Assembly: GCA_041784625.1 (NCBI GenBank) | Contig: JBHBDS010000036.1 | Location: 1-43,117, forward strand | Direction: 5' to 3' | DNA length: 43,117 bases | DNA from: Filifactoraceae bacterium | GTDB taxonomy: Bacteria; Bacillota; Clostridia; Peptostreptococcales; Filifactoraceae | Shown: in pieces, positions 25,953-34,050 of the stretch | Position numbering within the stretch: the stretch's first letter is position 1 | How the letters are laid out: each line of letters opens with the position of its first letter | Translations under genes and position numbers: made by a program | The notes under the pieces: model-generated | The model's input: the letters and a program-made list of their open reading frames with translations, nothing else | Databases searched by the model: none | What the model was told of the DNA's origin: nothing

Positions 25953-27521
25953 ATGTCAAATGATTGGATTGGGAACTATTTGAGTTCAAGAGCAAAAATT
26001 AGCCCAAATAAGGTTGCGATTGTCGATTTGGATAACAAACTAAACTTTACTTATTCTGAATTGGAGCAGCGTGCTAACAGATTGGCTAAAGTTTTAAAAG
26101 AGGATATCTGCATTGAGTCACAGGATCGAGTGGCTTTTATCTCTAGAAATCGTATTGAGCTCATTGATGCCTATTATGCAACTGGGAAAATTAACGCAAT
26201 ACTTGTTCCGTACAACGCAAGACTTTCTGCAAAGGAATTGGGTCAGTTAATCGACAAGGAAACGCCAAAGGTGGTTTTTTATGAAGACATCTTCGGAGAA
26301 ATGCTCCGTCCAGTGTTTGATGAACGACCACAGCTTGAGAAAGTGGTTTTGATTAATCCTGAAGGAGAAAATACGCTGGGAGCAAGAGAATACAGTTCAT
26401 TGCTTGACTCAAAGGACGGCGAAGCAGTTTCTTATTCTGAGTCAAATTTGGAGGATATTCACCTAATTATTCATACGGGTGGAACGACTGGACTACCAAA
26501 GGGCGGATTGATTTCGCATCGCAGTGAGCTGTTTAATTCGTTCAACGAAATCTGCACCTGGGGACTCAACCATGAGGATAGTGCGCTGATTTTGCTTCCA
26601 ATGTTTCATACAGGTGGCTGGAATTTGTTGACGCTACCACTGTTGCATGTGGGTGGAACGATTTACATCAACCGCCAGTTTGATCCTTCACTGTCGCTCA
26701 AGGTGATTGAGGAAGAAAAAACCACGCTATTATTCGGCGCTGCAACGATTTTCCGAATGATGACAGAAGCGCCTGAATTTGAAAAAGCAGACCTTTCTAG
26801 CCTGAAGTGGATAATGGCAGGTGCAGCTCCAACGCCGATCAATATCATGCAAAAGTTCTGGGATAAAGGTATCAAGTTTGTCCTTGGCTATGGCATGACC
26901 GAGGCTGGACCGAATAATATCTCTGCACCAGCGCAATTCATGGATATGGAGACAATCAAGGCGAAGTATGAGTCGGTTGGTAAGCCAATGTATCTCACTA
27001 TGGTCAAAATTATCGACGACGATGGAAATGAAATCACAGAACCAAATGTTGCAGGCGAGCTGATTTGGGCAGGACCACAGATTTTTTCGGGCTACTGGGG
27101 CAATGAGGAAGCAACCAAGGAAACGCTTGTTGACGGATGGGTATATACGGGCGACATGGCGATTCGTGACGAAGATGATTTTTATTATATCGTGGGAAGA
27201 AAGAAAAATATGTTTATCTCAGGAGGAGAGAATGTGTTCCCGCCTGAGGTTGAAACTGCACTATATGAAATTCCAGAAATCAACGAAGTTTGTGTATTTG
27301 GTGTACCTGATGAGCATTGGGGAGAGGTCGGAAAGGCCATTGTTTCACTTAAAGCAGGGCAATTGATTGCCAAAGACGAAATTCTTGAAAAACTCAAGGG
27401 CCGCCTTGCAAAATACAAAATCCCAAAATACATCACCTTTGTTGACGATGTGCCAAAAAACAATGTTGGGAAAATTGTTGTGAAACAGGTTGTAGAGCTT
27501 TATGGAGAGGCACACGATTAA
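25953..27521 (+). CDS. AMP-dependent acyl-CoA synthetase/ligase (ANL superfamily)
   Basis: Carries the motifs IIHTGGTTGLPKGG, GYGMTEAG, YTGDMAIRDEDDFYYIVGRKKNMFISGGENVFP and PKNNVGKI. The RBS is AAGGAGG. Confidence 0.88.
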   Translation: MSNDWIGNYLSSRAKISPNKVAIVDLDNKLNFTYSELEQRANRLAKVLKEDICIESQDRVAFISRNRIELIDAYYATGKINAILVPYNARLSAKELGQLIDKETPKVVFYEDIFGEMLRPVFDERPQLEKVVLINPEGENTLGAREYSSLLDSKDGEAVSYSESNLEDIHLIIHTGGTTGLPKGGLISHRSELFNSFNEICTWGLNHEDSALILLPMFHTGGWNLLTLPLLHVGGTIYINRQFDPSLSLKVIEEEKTTLLFGAATIFRMMTEAPEFEKADLSSLKWIMAGAAPTPINIMQKFWDKGIKFVLGYGMTEAGPNNISAPAQFMDMETIKAKYESVGKPMYLTMVKIIDDDGNEITEPNVAGELIWAGPQIFSGYWGNEEATKETLVDGWVYTGDMAIRDEDDFYYIVGRKKNMFISGGENVFPPEVETALYEIPEINEVCVFGVPDEHWGEVGKAIVSLKAGQLIAKDEILEKLKGRLAKYKIPKYITFVDDVPKNNVGKIVVKQVVELYGEAHD

Positions 27522-27535
27522 AAGGAGTTGATTGG

Positions 27536-28555
27536 ATGCAAAAAAATGTAATAGGAATAAAAAATATTGGAACCTACATTCCTGAAGGGGTGCGTGACAG
27601 CAAGTACATTAGCGAGAAGTCTGGCATTCCAGAGGATGTTGTTATAGAAAAATTTGGGATTAAGCAGGTGCGCAGGGCAAGAGAGGATGAAACCGTGTCC
27701 TATATGGGCACGATGGCGGCACTTGATGCACTTGGGGATACTGATCCATTGTCGATTGACTTGGTGGTCTATTGCGGAAGCGAGTACAAGGATTATTATC
27801 TTCTCAACTGTGCAGCCAAAATTCAGGACAAGATTGGGGCAAAAAATGCGGCTTCGTTTGAAATTCACAGTCTTTGCTCTGCAGGGGTCTATAGCCTGAA
27901 AATTGTTAAAAGCATGATGTTGAGCGATGACTCTATCAACCGAGCGATAATCGTTTCATCGTCAAAGGAAGGTGATTTAATCAACTACAGCGATTTGGAT
28001 TCGCGCTTTATGTTCAACTTCGGGGACGGGGCGGCGGCGGTGCTTCTTGAGAAGAACTACCGCAGAAATGTAATCCTCGAAAGCCATATGATAAGCGACG
28101 GGCGATTTGCAGAAGATGTCCTTATCAAGGGAATTGGCTGTGCAAACTTCGAGCGATTTGACGAAATGGATCCAAATGATAAATATTTGAGCGTTACGAA
28201 TCTTAAGTCGATGAAGGAGCGATTAGACCCAATCACGATGGATAATTTTATGGGAGCTATGAAGGGAGCGCTTCAAAAAAGTAATCTAACCATGGAAGAT
28301 GTCGGCTATCTTGCGCCGATTTTTATGAAAAAATCCATGCTGGACGGTCTGACGCAAAGCATGGGGCTACGTGAAGATCAATCCTTCCTGCTAGAGGATT
28401 ACGGACATTGTCAATCGGCGGACTGCTTTATTTCGCTTAAGGAAGGAGAAAGGCTTGATCGTCTAAAGGACGGCGATATTGCGGTGCTACTTTCTGCGGG
28501 AACGGGCTATACCTGGGCTTCCACGATTGTGAAGTGGGGTGATTATGACAAGTAG
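27536..28555 (+). CDS. KAS-III (FabH)-like thiolase-fold enzyme with non-canonical catalytic motifs
   Basis: The active-site Cys context FEIHSLCSAGVYSL and GDGAAAVLL are typical of FabH-like enzymes. The usual HQAN and GNTSAAS motifs are not recognisable (LAPIFMKKS and YGHCQSADCF instead). The RBS is AAGGAG. Confidence 0.7.
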   Translation: MQKNVIGIKNIGTYIPEGVRDSKYISEKSGIPEDVVIEKFGIKQVRRAREDETVSYMGTMAALDALGDTDPLSIDLVVYCGSEYKDYYLLNCAAKIQDKIGAKNAASFEIHSLCSAGVYSLKIVKSMMLSDDSINRAIIVSSSKEGDLINYSDLDSRFMFNFGDGAAAVLLEKNYRRNVILESHMISDGRFAEDVLIKGIGCANFERFDEMDPNDKYLSVTNLKSMKERLDPITMDNFMGAMKGALQKSNLTMEDVGYLAPIFMKKSMLDGLTQSMGLREDQSFLLEDYGHCQSADCFISLKEGERLDRLKDGDIAVLLSAGTGYTWASTIVKWGDYDK

Positions 28556-28982
28556 ATTTTGTATCCCTTTTGAGGAGCTAGAGGTTGGGCAGTCGGTTGA
28601 AAAGATTTTTTCGATTAAAAGAGAGGATATCCTATCATTCTCCGATGAAATCGGAGACCTTCACTCCTTTCATGTTCTGCAATCCGCAGCGCATGAGGTG
28701 GGCTTTGAGGATATTATCGTGCACGGAGTTCACCTGCTTGCCTTTGTTTCTCGCGTGATTGGAGAAAATCTCCCTGGTTTCGGGACGCTGTATCTTTCGC
28801 AGGAGGTCAAATTCCTTCAAAGTGTAGAGCCAGATTCAGAAATTCTCGTACGAATTGAGGTGCTAGAGAAGAGAGAAAAAAGACGCGTGCTCCTACGAAC
28901 TGACATTTATGATTCGCAGAAAAAAACTGTATTATGGAAGGCGTGGGTGTCGTCAAAACACTTCGCTAATGGGCAAATTTAA
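28545..28982 (+). CDS. MaoC-like (R)-specific enoyl-CoA hydratase, hot-dog fold
   Basis: FSDEIGDLHSFH...IVHGVHLLAFVSRVIG matches the hydratase-2 motif (D-x4-H ... HG). It overlaps the KAS-III-like gene's 3' end. The start is ATG 28545 or GTG 28539. Confidence 0.7.
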   Translation: MTSRFCIPFEELEVGQSVEKIFSIKREDILSFSDEIGDLHSFHVLQSAAHEVGFEDIIVHGVHLLAFVSRVIGENLPGFGTLYLSQEVKFLQSVEPDSEILVRIEVLEKREKRRVLLRTDIYDSQKKTVLWKAWVSSKHFANGQI

Positions 28983-28992
28983 GGAGGGTCAA

Positions 28993-29433
28993 ATGAATAT
29001 TAAAGGAAAAAGAGATGCTCTTATGGTACTTATGGCCTGCTTGTGGCTTGTGATTATGGTTCTTGGGTGGATGAACAAATTTGTCATTGGAATGGTTCTT
29101 TCGGTTGTACTAATGCTGGTGCATATGATTCTTGGTGCGTCCAAGCAAGAGGAGTTGTCAGCAAAATTTCTTCGCTATCCACTACTTGTTTGGGCGGCGA
29201 TGTGGAGTGCAAGCTTTATTCTATCGGACTTTTTTGCAAAGAAATTTGCGGGCATGATGCCAAGCTTCACCGTTGGCGGATTTCACCCGTCCTTTGCACC
29301 AACTTTTTTCTTGTATTATATCGGCGGTATGCTAACACTATCCGTGGGGCTTGCGCTGTTTAAGGACGAATGGCTTTCGGAAAAAGACTGGAATGATTTT
29401 ATTGAAAGAGTAAATAAAAATAAGGAGGCATAG
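28993..29433 (+). CDS. Small polytopic membrane protein, unknown family (symporter-associated)
   Basis: ATG 28993 follows AAGGAGGG. There are about 4 hydrophobic segments. Its stop lies 1 nt before the symporter start, and the symporter's RBS lies inside its last codons. Confidence 0.55.
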   Translation: MNIKGKRDALMVLMACLWLVIMVLGWMNKFVIGMVLSVVLMLVHMILGASKQEELSAKFLRYPLLVWAAMWSASFILSDFFAKKFAGMMPSFTVGGFHPSFAPTFFLYYIGGMLTLSVGLALFKDEWLSEKDWNDFIERVNKNKEA

Positions 29434-29434
29434 C

Positions 29435-30934
29435 ATGGATAAGAGCACAGTAACGCTAATATTGGGCTTCTCTGGAGCTATCGTAGTATTCTCGCTTTTG
29501 ATTGGCCTTTGGGCAAAGAAAAAGGTTACTACTGCACAAGCATTTTTTGGCGGAACAGGAATGTTTGGGCCAGTGACAGTTGGTCTGGCAAGTATGTCAG
29601 GTATCGCATCTGCATTTGCTGTCGTCGGGGTTCCTGGAATCATCTATAGCACAGGACATGCGATGACCTTCTGGATGCTTTCGGGTGCGGCGTTTGCAAT
29701 GTCGTATATCATTTTGGGAAAAAGAATTCGCGGTATGGCGGAAATCGCACCAATCTCAAGCTTGGGAGATATCTGCGACGTACGCTTTAACAACAATCGT
29801 GCGATCAAGGGGATTATGTCCTTGGTAATTTGCCTCGGCTGTATCAGCTATCTGGCAGCACAAATTTCGGCAGGATCGGCGATGTTCTCACATTTGCTTG
29901 GACTACCGCCTATCGTAACTGGTTTCATTATTTTCGGTATTTTGACAGTCTACACCGCAATCTCAGGAGAGGTTGGAGGAATACTTACACAGGCATTCCA
30001 AGGACTGATTATGGTTCTTGCAAGTATCGCAATGTTGATTGCTTTTGCGATGATTACGGGTGGATTTGGCAATGTTCTGACTGCGGTGAGCTCCGTTTCT
30101 GAGGTGGCGAGTGCTGACGGAAGCATTGTTAAGACGCTTGGTCCAGATTTCCTCAACGCATGGGGCGTGTTCCCAGGAAATATCAGTATGGCTTGGATGC
30201 TAATCCCGATTCTTGGATGCGTGGGACAGCCGCAAGTGCTAACAAGAATTTATGCAGTAAAAAGCCCTCGTGACCTTCCAAAGGCTGGTATCGTTACAGC
30301 AATTTCGCATACTATCGTAGGATTTGTTGCGGTAACGACAGCTTATGGAGCACTTTATCTTGTGGCAACTGGCGCAGTGGAGCCATTTGTAAAGGGCGAC
30401 ACAGCATTTTATGTATTCTCAGACTACGCAGGCGTGACCATTCAGCTTCTGGGATATGCAGCGGTACTTGCAGCGGCGATGTCCTCTGCATCGATGTTCT
30501 TGACATCGACTTCGACGCTACTTTCCAAGGATTTACCAAATGCACTTGGTATCAAAATTGATCCTGAGAAGCAGGTAAATATTTCTAGAACCTTCATGGT
30601 GGTGCTGGGTCTTGTAGCAATCGTGGTATCGATTTATAGCTCAGAGATGGTTGCGATCCTAGGAACCTTTGGTTGGGGAACTTTGGTATCTGGAACCTTC
30701 CCAGTGTTTATCATCGGTTTACTCTGGGAGAGAGCGAACGAAAAGGGGGTTCTTGTTGGGGTAACAACATCCTTTATACTCAACATTCTTTCGCTTTTGA
30801 AATTCAGATGGCCAGGTGGATTGCCAGGCTACGTAAGCATCACTGCAATTGCGGTTGCGCTCACAATTTTCGTGTCGCTGATGACTAAGGAGCAAGAGCT
30901 AAGCGAAAACATGAAAGAGGTTATTAGACTATAA
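29435..30934 (+). CDS. Sodium:solute symporter (SSS) family transporter
   Basis: A 499-aa protein with ~13 hydrophobic segments. The N-terminal pattern ...AQAFFGGTGMFGPVTVGLASMSGIASAFAVVGVPGIIYSTG is typical of PutP/PanF-type SSS proteins. Confidence 0.8.
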   Translation: MDKSTVTLILGFSGAIVVFSLLIGLWAKKKVTTAQAFFGGTGMFGPVTVGLASMSGIASAFAVVGVPGIIYSTGHAMTFWMLSGAAFAMSYIILGKRIRGMAEIAPISSLGDICDVRFNNNRAIKGIMSLVICLGCISYLAAQISAGSAMFSHLLGLPPIVTGFIIFGILTVYTAISGEVGGILTQAFQGLIMVLASIAMLIAFAMITGGFGNVLTAVSSVSEVASADGSIVKTLGPDFLNAWGVFPGNISMAWMLIPILGCVGQPQVLTRIYAVKSPRDLPKAGIVTAISHTIVGFVAVTTAYGALYLVATGAVEPFVKGDTAFYVFSDYAGVTIQLLGYAAVLAAAMSSASMFLTSTSTLLSKDLPNALGIKIDPEKQVNISRTFMVVLGLVAIVVSIYSSEMVAILGTFGWGTLVSGTFPVFIIGLLWERANEKGVLVGVTTSFILNILSLLKFRWPGGLPGYVSITAIAVALTIFVSLMTKEQELSENMKEVIRL

Positions 30935-30937
30935 TAA

Positions 30938-30960
30938 TTAGGGCAGCATGACTGCCCTAA
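30938..30960 (+). terminator. Hairpin after the symporter gene
   Basis: A 9-bp stem TTAGGGCAG/CTGCCCTAA with loop CATGA. The downstream T-tract is weak. Confidence 0.5.
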
Positions 30961-30992
30961 AACACTTTTGGTGTTGAGACGAGGGGGGTATT

Positions 30993-32840
30993 ATGTATAA
31001 AAAAGTATTAGTATTATTTTTGATAGTTTTGCTCGTAATGCCAGATTACTTTGGCAATGCGCATGCTGATTATGATTTTGAGTATCTTATGAGCATTTCA
31101 AGCGAACAAGAAGGAAATTCATTTGTTCTTCAAACGCCAACTTCGATTGACAGAGATGAACAAGGGAATTACTATGTAGCAGATCTTGCAAACGATCGAA
31201 TTGTAATACTTAATTCGCAGATGCAAAAAATAGGGCAGATTTCGGAGCTCGATATGCCGATAACTGTATATATTGATAACCAACAAAATATTATTATTTG
31301 TGAGTTGGGCAGTCACAAAGTCATAAAATACAATCAGGAACTGCAAAGAGTAACTGAGTGGGGTGGAGCAGGAACAGAAGAAGGGAAATTCAATATTCCT
31401 CGCTCAGTTGTTCAGGACAGTCAAGGAAACTATTTTGTCAGTGATGAATTAAATCATAGGATTCAAAAATTTGATATCAATGGTTCACATATTTCAACTT
31501 ACGGAAATTATGGAACACAAAATGGACAGTTTAGAGTTCAACAAGGACTATCGATTGATTCTAACGATAGACTTTATGTTGCAGACACATACAACAATCG
31601 AATTCAAATTTTTGAGACATACCCCGAGTGGAACTTTGTTTCAGCTTTTGGACAATATGGTGTGTATCAACCTTTTAACTACTTTAGCTTTCAACCAAAT
31701 ATTTTTAACCATCCACGAAATGTTTATGTAAACAAAGAAACTGGGCGTATTCTGGTTACGGACAGCTTGAATGGACGGGTAATGCTATATAGTAGCTATG
31801 AAGAAGGGATTTCGTTTAGGCAATCTCAAAACGGATTTTTGACAATGAATCTGCCAACAGATGCGATAGTCGATCGTTTTGATAAAATAGTTGCGCTTGA
31901 TTCTTACAATCGAATCATAAAATATAGCACTTCGCTGAGCAATTCTAATTTGTACGCTGAGTACGGGCTGGGGAGCTCAAATGTAAATAGATTTTGTGGG
32001 ACGCAAAGTGTAGCAATTGACCCTATCACGAAAGATGTTTATGTTACGGATTCTTTCAATCACCGAATAAAAAAATACAACGATAATTGTACGTTCATTA
32101 CATCATATGGAGGAATTGGTGGTACGTGGGGGATAGGGACTTTACTGAATTACTTTGCTTTTCCGAAACAAATTACTGTTGATGATAATCAAAAACTCTA
32201 TGTTGCGGACTTTGGAAATAAAAGAATTGTTAGTAAAGCAAATAATAGCAACCAGTTTCGGTTGGAAGTTGGTTCGCTAAACCTTGAAATGCCTTGGGGT
32301 GTTGCAGTGGACAGTAGTGGAAAAATATTTGTTTCAGATTGGGGAGATCATAAAATAAAAGTTTTTGAAAATGGAAGGATGATTAATAGTTGGGGAGGAA
32401 GCGGGAGCCAAATTGGACAACTAAGCCGACCGAGTGAGCTGAGGATTGGTTATTACAATGACAATGAAGTTCTTGCAGTAGCCGATACGCTAAACAATAG
32501 AGTGCAAATTTTTGACTTGTCGGGAGAAGTTATTTCTGTAATTGGAAGTCCTACGAACGATCCATTGCTAAATTACAAAGATGAATATTTGGAGGGAAAT
32601 TTACTACTGCCGTATAGCATGGATTTTGACTCTGAAAACAATCTTATTGTAATGGATACCTCGCATAAATGCATCAGAGTGTATGATTTCAACGGAGAGT
32701 TAATCAAAACATATGGTGAAATGTCAAATTCTGATGGAAACTTTTTTTCTCCAATTGGATGTGACTATGGCGCAGATGGTACTTTGTGGGTGACAGACAG
32801 TGTGCTGCAAAGAGTGAGCAAATTTAATATCATTCCATAG
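30993..32840 (+). CDS. Secreted NHL-repeat protein (about 12 repeats, two predicted six-bladed propellers)
   Basis: The signal peptide is MYKKVLVLFLIVLLVMPDYFGNAHA. There are twelve D-x-x-N-x-R-I-x-x-F/Y-like repeats (DLANDRIVILN, DELNHRIQKFD, DTYNNRIQIFE, DSFNHRIKKYN, DTLNNRVQIFD ...). Confidence 0.8.
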   Translation: MYKKVLVLFLIVLLVMPDYFGNAHADYDFEYLMSISSEQEGNSFVLQTPTSIDRDEQGNYYVADLANDRIVILNSQMQKIGQISELDMPITVYIDNQQNIIICELGSHKVIKYNQELQRVTEWGGAGTEEGKFNIPRSVVQDSQGNYFVSDELNHRIQKFDINGSHISTYGNYGTQNGQFRVQQGLSIDSNDRLYVADTYNNRIQIFETYPEWNFVSAFGQYGVYQPFNYFSFQPNIFNHPRNVYVNKETGRILVTDSLNGRVMLYSSYEEGISFRQSQNGFLTMNLPTDAIVDRFDKIVALDSYNRIIKYSTSLSNSNLYAEYGLGSSNVNRFCGTQSVAIDPITKDVYVTDSFNHRIKKYNDNCTFITSYGGIGGTWGIGTLLNYFAFPKQITVDDNQKLYVADFGNKRIVSKANNSNQFRLEVGSLNLEMPWGVAVDSSGKIFVSDWGDHKIKVFENGRMINSWGGSGSQIGQLSRPSELRIGYYNDNEVLAVADTLNNRVQIFDLSGEVISVIGSPTNDPLLNYKDEYLEGNLLLPYSMDFDSENNLIVMDTSHKCIRVYDFNGELIKTYGEMSNSDGNFFSPIGCDYGADGTLWVTDSVLQRVSKFNIIP

Positions 32841-32850
32841 GAGAACAGAT

Positions 32851-32967
32851 ATGGCAAAAAATTTAAATGATGATGAGGTTTATTCATCAGACCAGATACT
32901 ATTGTCTCAAAAAGAAAAGAATATAGATTCTCTAGCGCATGTGAGGGATGTTTATTTCCAGTTCTAA
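32851..32967 (+). CDS. Possible 38-codon small ORF downstream of the NHL gene
   Basis: ATG 32851 lies 6 nt after AGGAGA and 10 nt after the NHL stop. The peptide is MAKNLNDDEVYSSDQILLSQKEKNIDSLAHVRDVYFQF. It is followed by the terminator at 33001-33035. It is below the ORF-track length cut-off and I recognise no homologous family for it. Confidence 0.3.
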   Translation: MAKNLNDDEVYSSDQILLSQKEKNIDSLAHVRDVYFQF

Positions 32968-33000
32968 GTTTTTTTGAAAAGGAAATCGTAGTAAGATTAA

Positions 33001-33035
33001 AGACTTTCTGAAATAATTTCAGGAGGTCTTTTTTG
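33001..33035 (+). terminator. Rho-independent terminator of the NHL transcription unit
   Basis: A ~13-bp stem (AGACTTTCTGAAA / TTTCAGGAGGTCT, with G-U pairs) and a 3-nt loop, then TTTTT. Confidence 0.7.
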
Positions 33036-33049
33036 TTGAACAATTGCTA

Positions 33050-33078
33050 TTGACATTCGACATGGTATTGGGTACAAT
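33050..33078 (+). promoter_or_regulatory. Near-consensus sigma-A promoter (TTGACA-17-TACAAT) for the first DUF5684 gene
   Basis: TTGACA lies at 33050-33055 and TACAAT at 33073-33078. The ORF-track TTG start at 33044 lies just upstream of the -35 box and is therefore unlikely. Confidence 0.7.
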
Positions 33079-33106
33079 TTGGGAAATATTATCAGAGGAG
33101 GAGTCT

Positions 33107-33532
33107 ATGCACACGGAGGAAGAGCTGCTTAATCTCGTGGTTCATGTTGCGATAACTGCATCGCTATTTGCAAATTATCTCGTGTTTTTTGGGGTAGCGA
33201 TGTGGAAAATTTTTCGCAAAGCAGGGTATCAAGGATGGGAATTCTTCGTTCCTTTCTATGGGCAGTATTGCTTGACAAAAATGATTTTTGGAAAAGGCTG
33301 GATGTGGGTTTTTCTTTTTATTCCAGGAATAAATACTTTTTTGTTGATGATTTGGTTCTATCATCTTGCGCGAGTATTTGGTAAGGAAGTTGGATTTTCG
33401 ATCGCAACTGCATTTTTTTGGCCTGTAATGATTTTGATCATCGCATTTGGAGAGTCGGAGTTTATCACAAACAAAAACCATTTTGATTTTGTGGTGGAAT
33501 CGGGAAGATTTATTGAGGAATTTCGCAGGTGA
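33107..33532 (+). CDS. DUF5684-family membrane protein (paralog 1)
   Basis: ATG 33107 follows AGGAGGAG. The core MWKIFRKAGYQGWEFFVPFYGQYCLTKMIFGKGWMW...YHLARVFGKEVGFSIATAFFWPVMILIIAFG matches the WK(I/V)F.KAG..GW..(I/V)P.Y pattern of DUF5684. Confidence 0.65.
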   Translation: MHTEEELLNLVVHVAITASLFANYLVFFGVAMWKIFRKAGYQGWEFFVPFYGQYCLTKMIFGKGWMWVFLFIPGINTFLLMIWFYHLARVFGKEVGFSIATAFFWPVMILIIAFGESEFITNKNHFDFVVESGRFIEEFRR

Positions 33533-33544
33533 TTTTGTTTTATC

Positions 33545-33573
33545 TTGACGTTGTACTACTGGTTTGGTACAAT
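33545..33573 (+). promoter_or_regulatory. Near-consensus sigma-A promoter (TTGACG-17-TACAAT, TGg extended -10) for the second DUF5684 gene
   Basis: TTGACG lies at 33545-33550 and TGGTACAAT ends at 33573. The ORF-track TTG start at 33545 is the -35 hexamer itself. Confidence 0.7.
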
Positions 33574-33619
33574 TGTTGTGTGGAAAAATTTTAGTGAATT
33601 TTACAAGAGGGAGAAAATT

Positions 33620-34003
33620 ATGGATTACGAAGCATCAAGATTAATTGGGCAAGTGCTTTCAGGCACGGTTGGCACAATGTATCTCATTTTTATTTTGTTT
33701 GTTATCGCAGCACAGTGGAAAGTGTTTGTCAAAGCTGGGCTAGCTGGTTGGAAATGTCTTGTACCGTTTTATGGTCAATACTGTCTTTCTAAAATTGTTT
33801 TTGGGAAAGGTTGGTATTTCCTGGCGATGTTTGTTCCGCTACTCAATATAATTTTCGGGTTGGCACTTTTATACAATTTGGCAAAAGTATTTGGAAAAGG
33901 TTTTGGATTCTTCCTTGGGCTTTTGTTCTTGAACCCGATCTTCATGCTGATTCTTGGATTTAGTGACGCAGAGTATCAAGGACCAATCGACGTAGTGCTA
34001 TAG
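33620..34003 (+). CDS. DUF5684-family membrane protein (paralog 2)
   Basis: ATG 33620 follows GAGGGAG. The core QWKVFVKAGLAGWKCLVPFYGQYCLSKIVFGKGWYF...YNLAKVFGKGFGFFLGLLFLNPIFMLILGF is clearly paralogous to the upstream gene. Confidence 0.65.
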   Translation: MDYEASRLIGQVLSGTVGTMYLIFILFVIAAQWKVFVKAGLAGWKCLVPFYGQYCLSKIVFGKGWYFLAMFVPLLNIIFGLALLYNLAKVFGKGFGFFLGLLFLNPIFMLILGFSDAEYQGPIDVVL

Positions 34004-34016
34004 CAAAAAATATTCT

Positions 34017-34050
34017 AAGCTCCTTTGAGATTTTTCGAGGGAGCTTTTCT
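34017..34050 (+). terminator. Terminator after the DUF5684 pair
   Basis: Stem AAGCTCCTTT / GAGGGAGCTT, followed by a T-rich run. Confidence 0.6.

Noticed and set aside
32765-33043. 92-aa minus-strand ORF in the NHL / DUF5684 intergenic region
   Set aside because: It has a TTG start and no RBS. It overlaps the NHL gene's 3' end and reads through the plus-strand terminator hairpin. Its composition looks non-coding.
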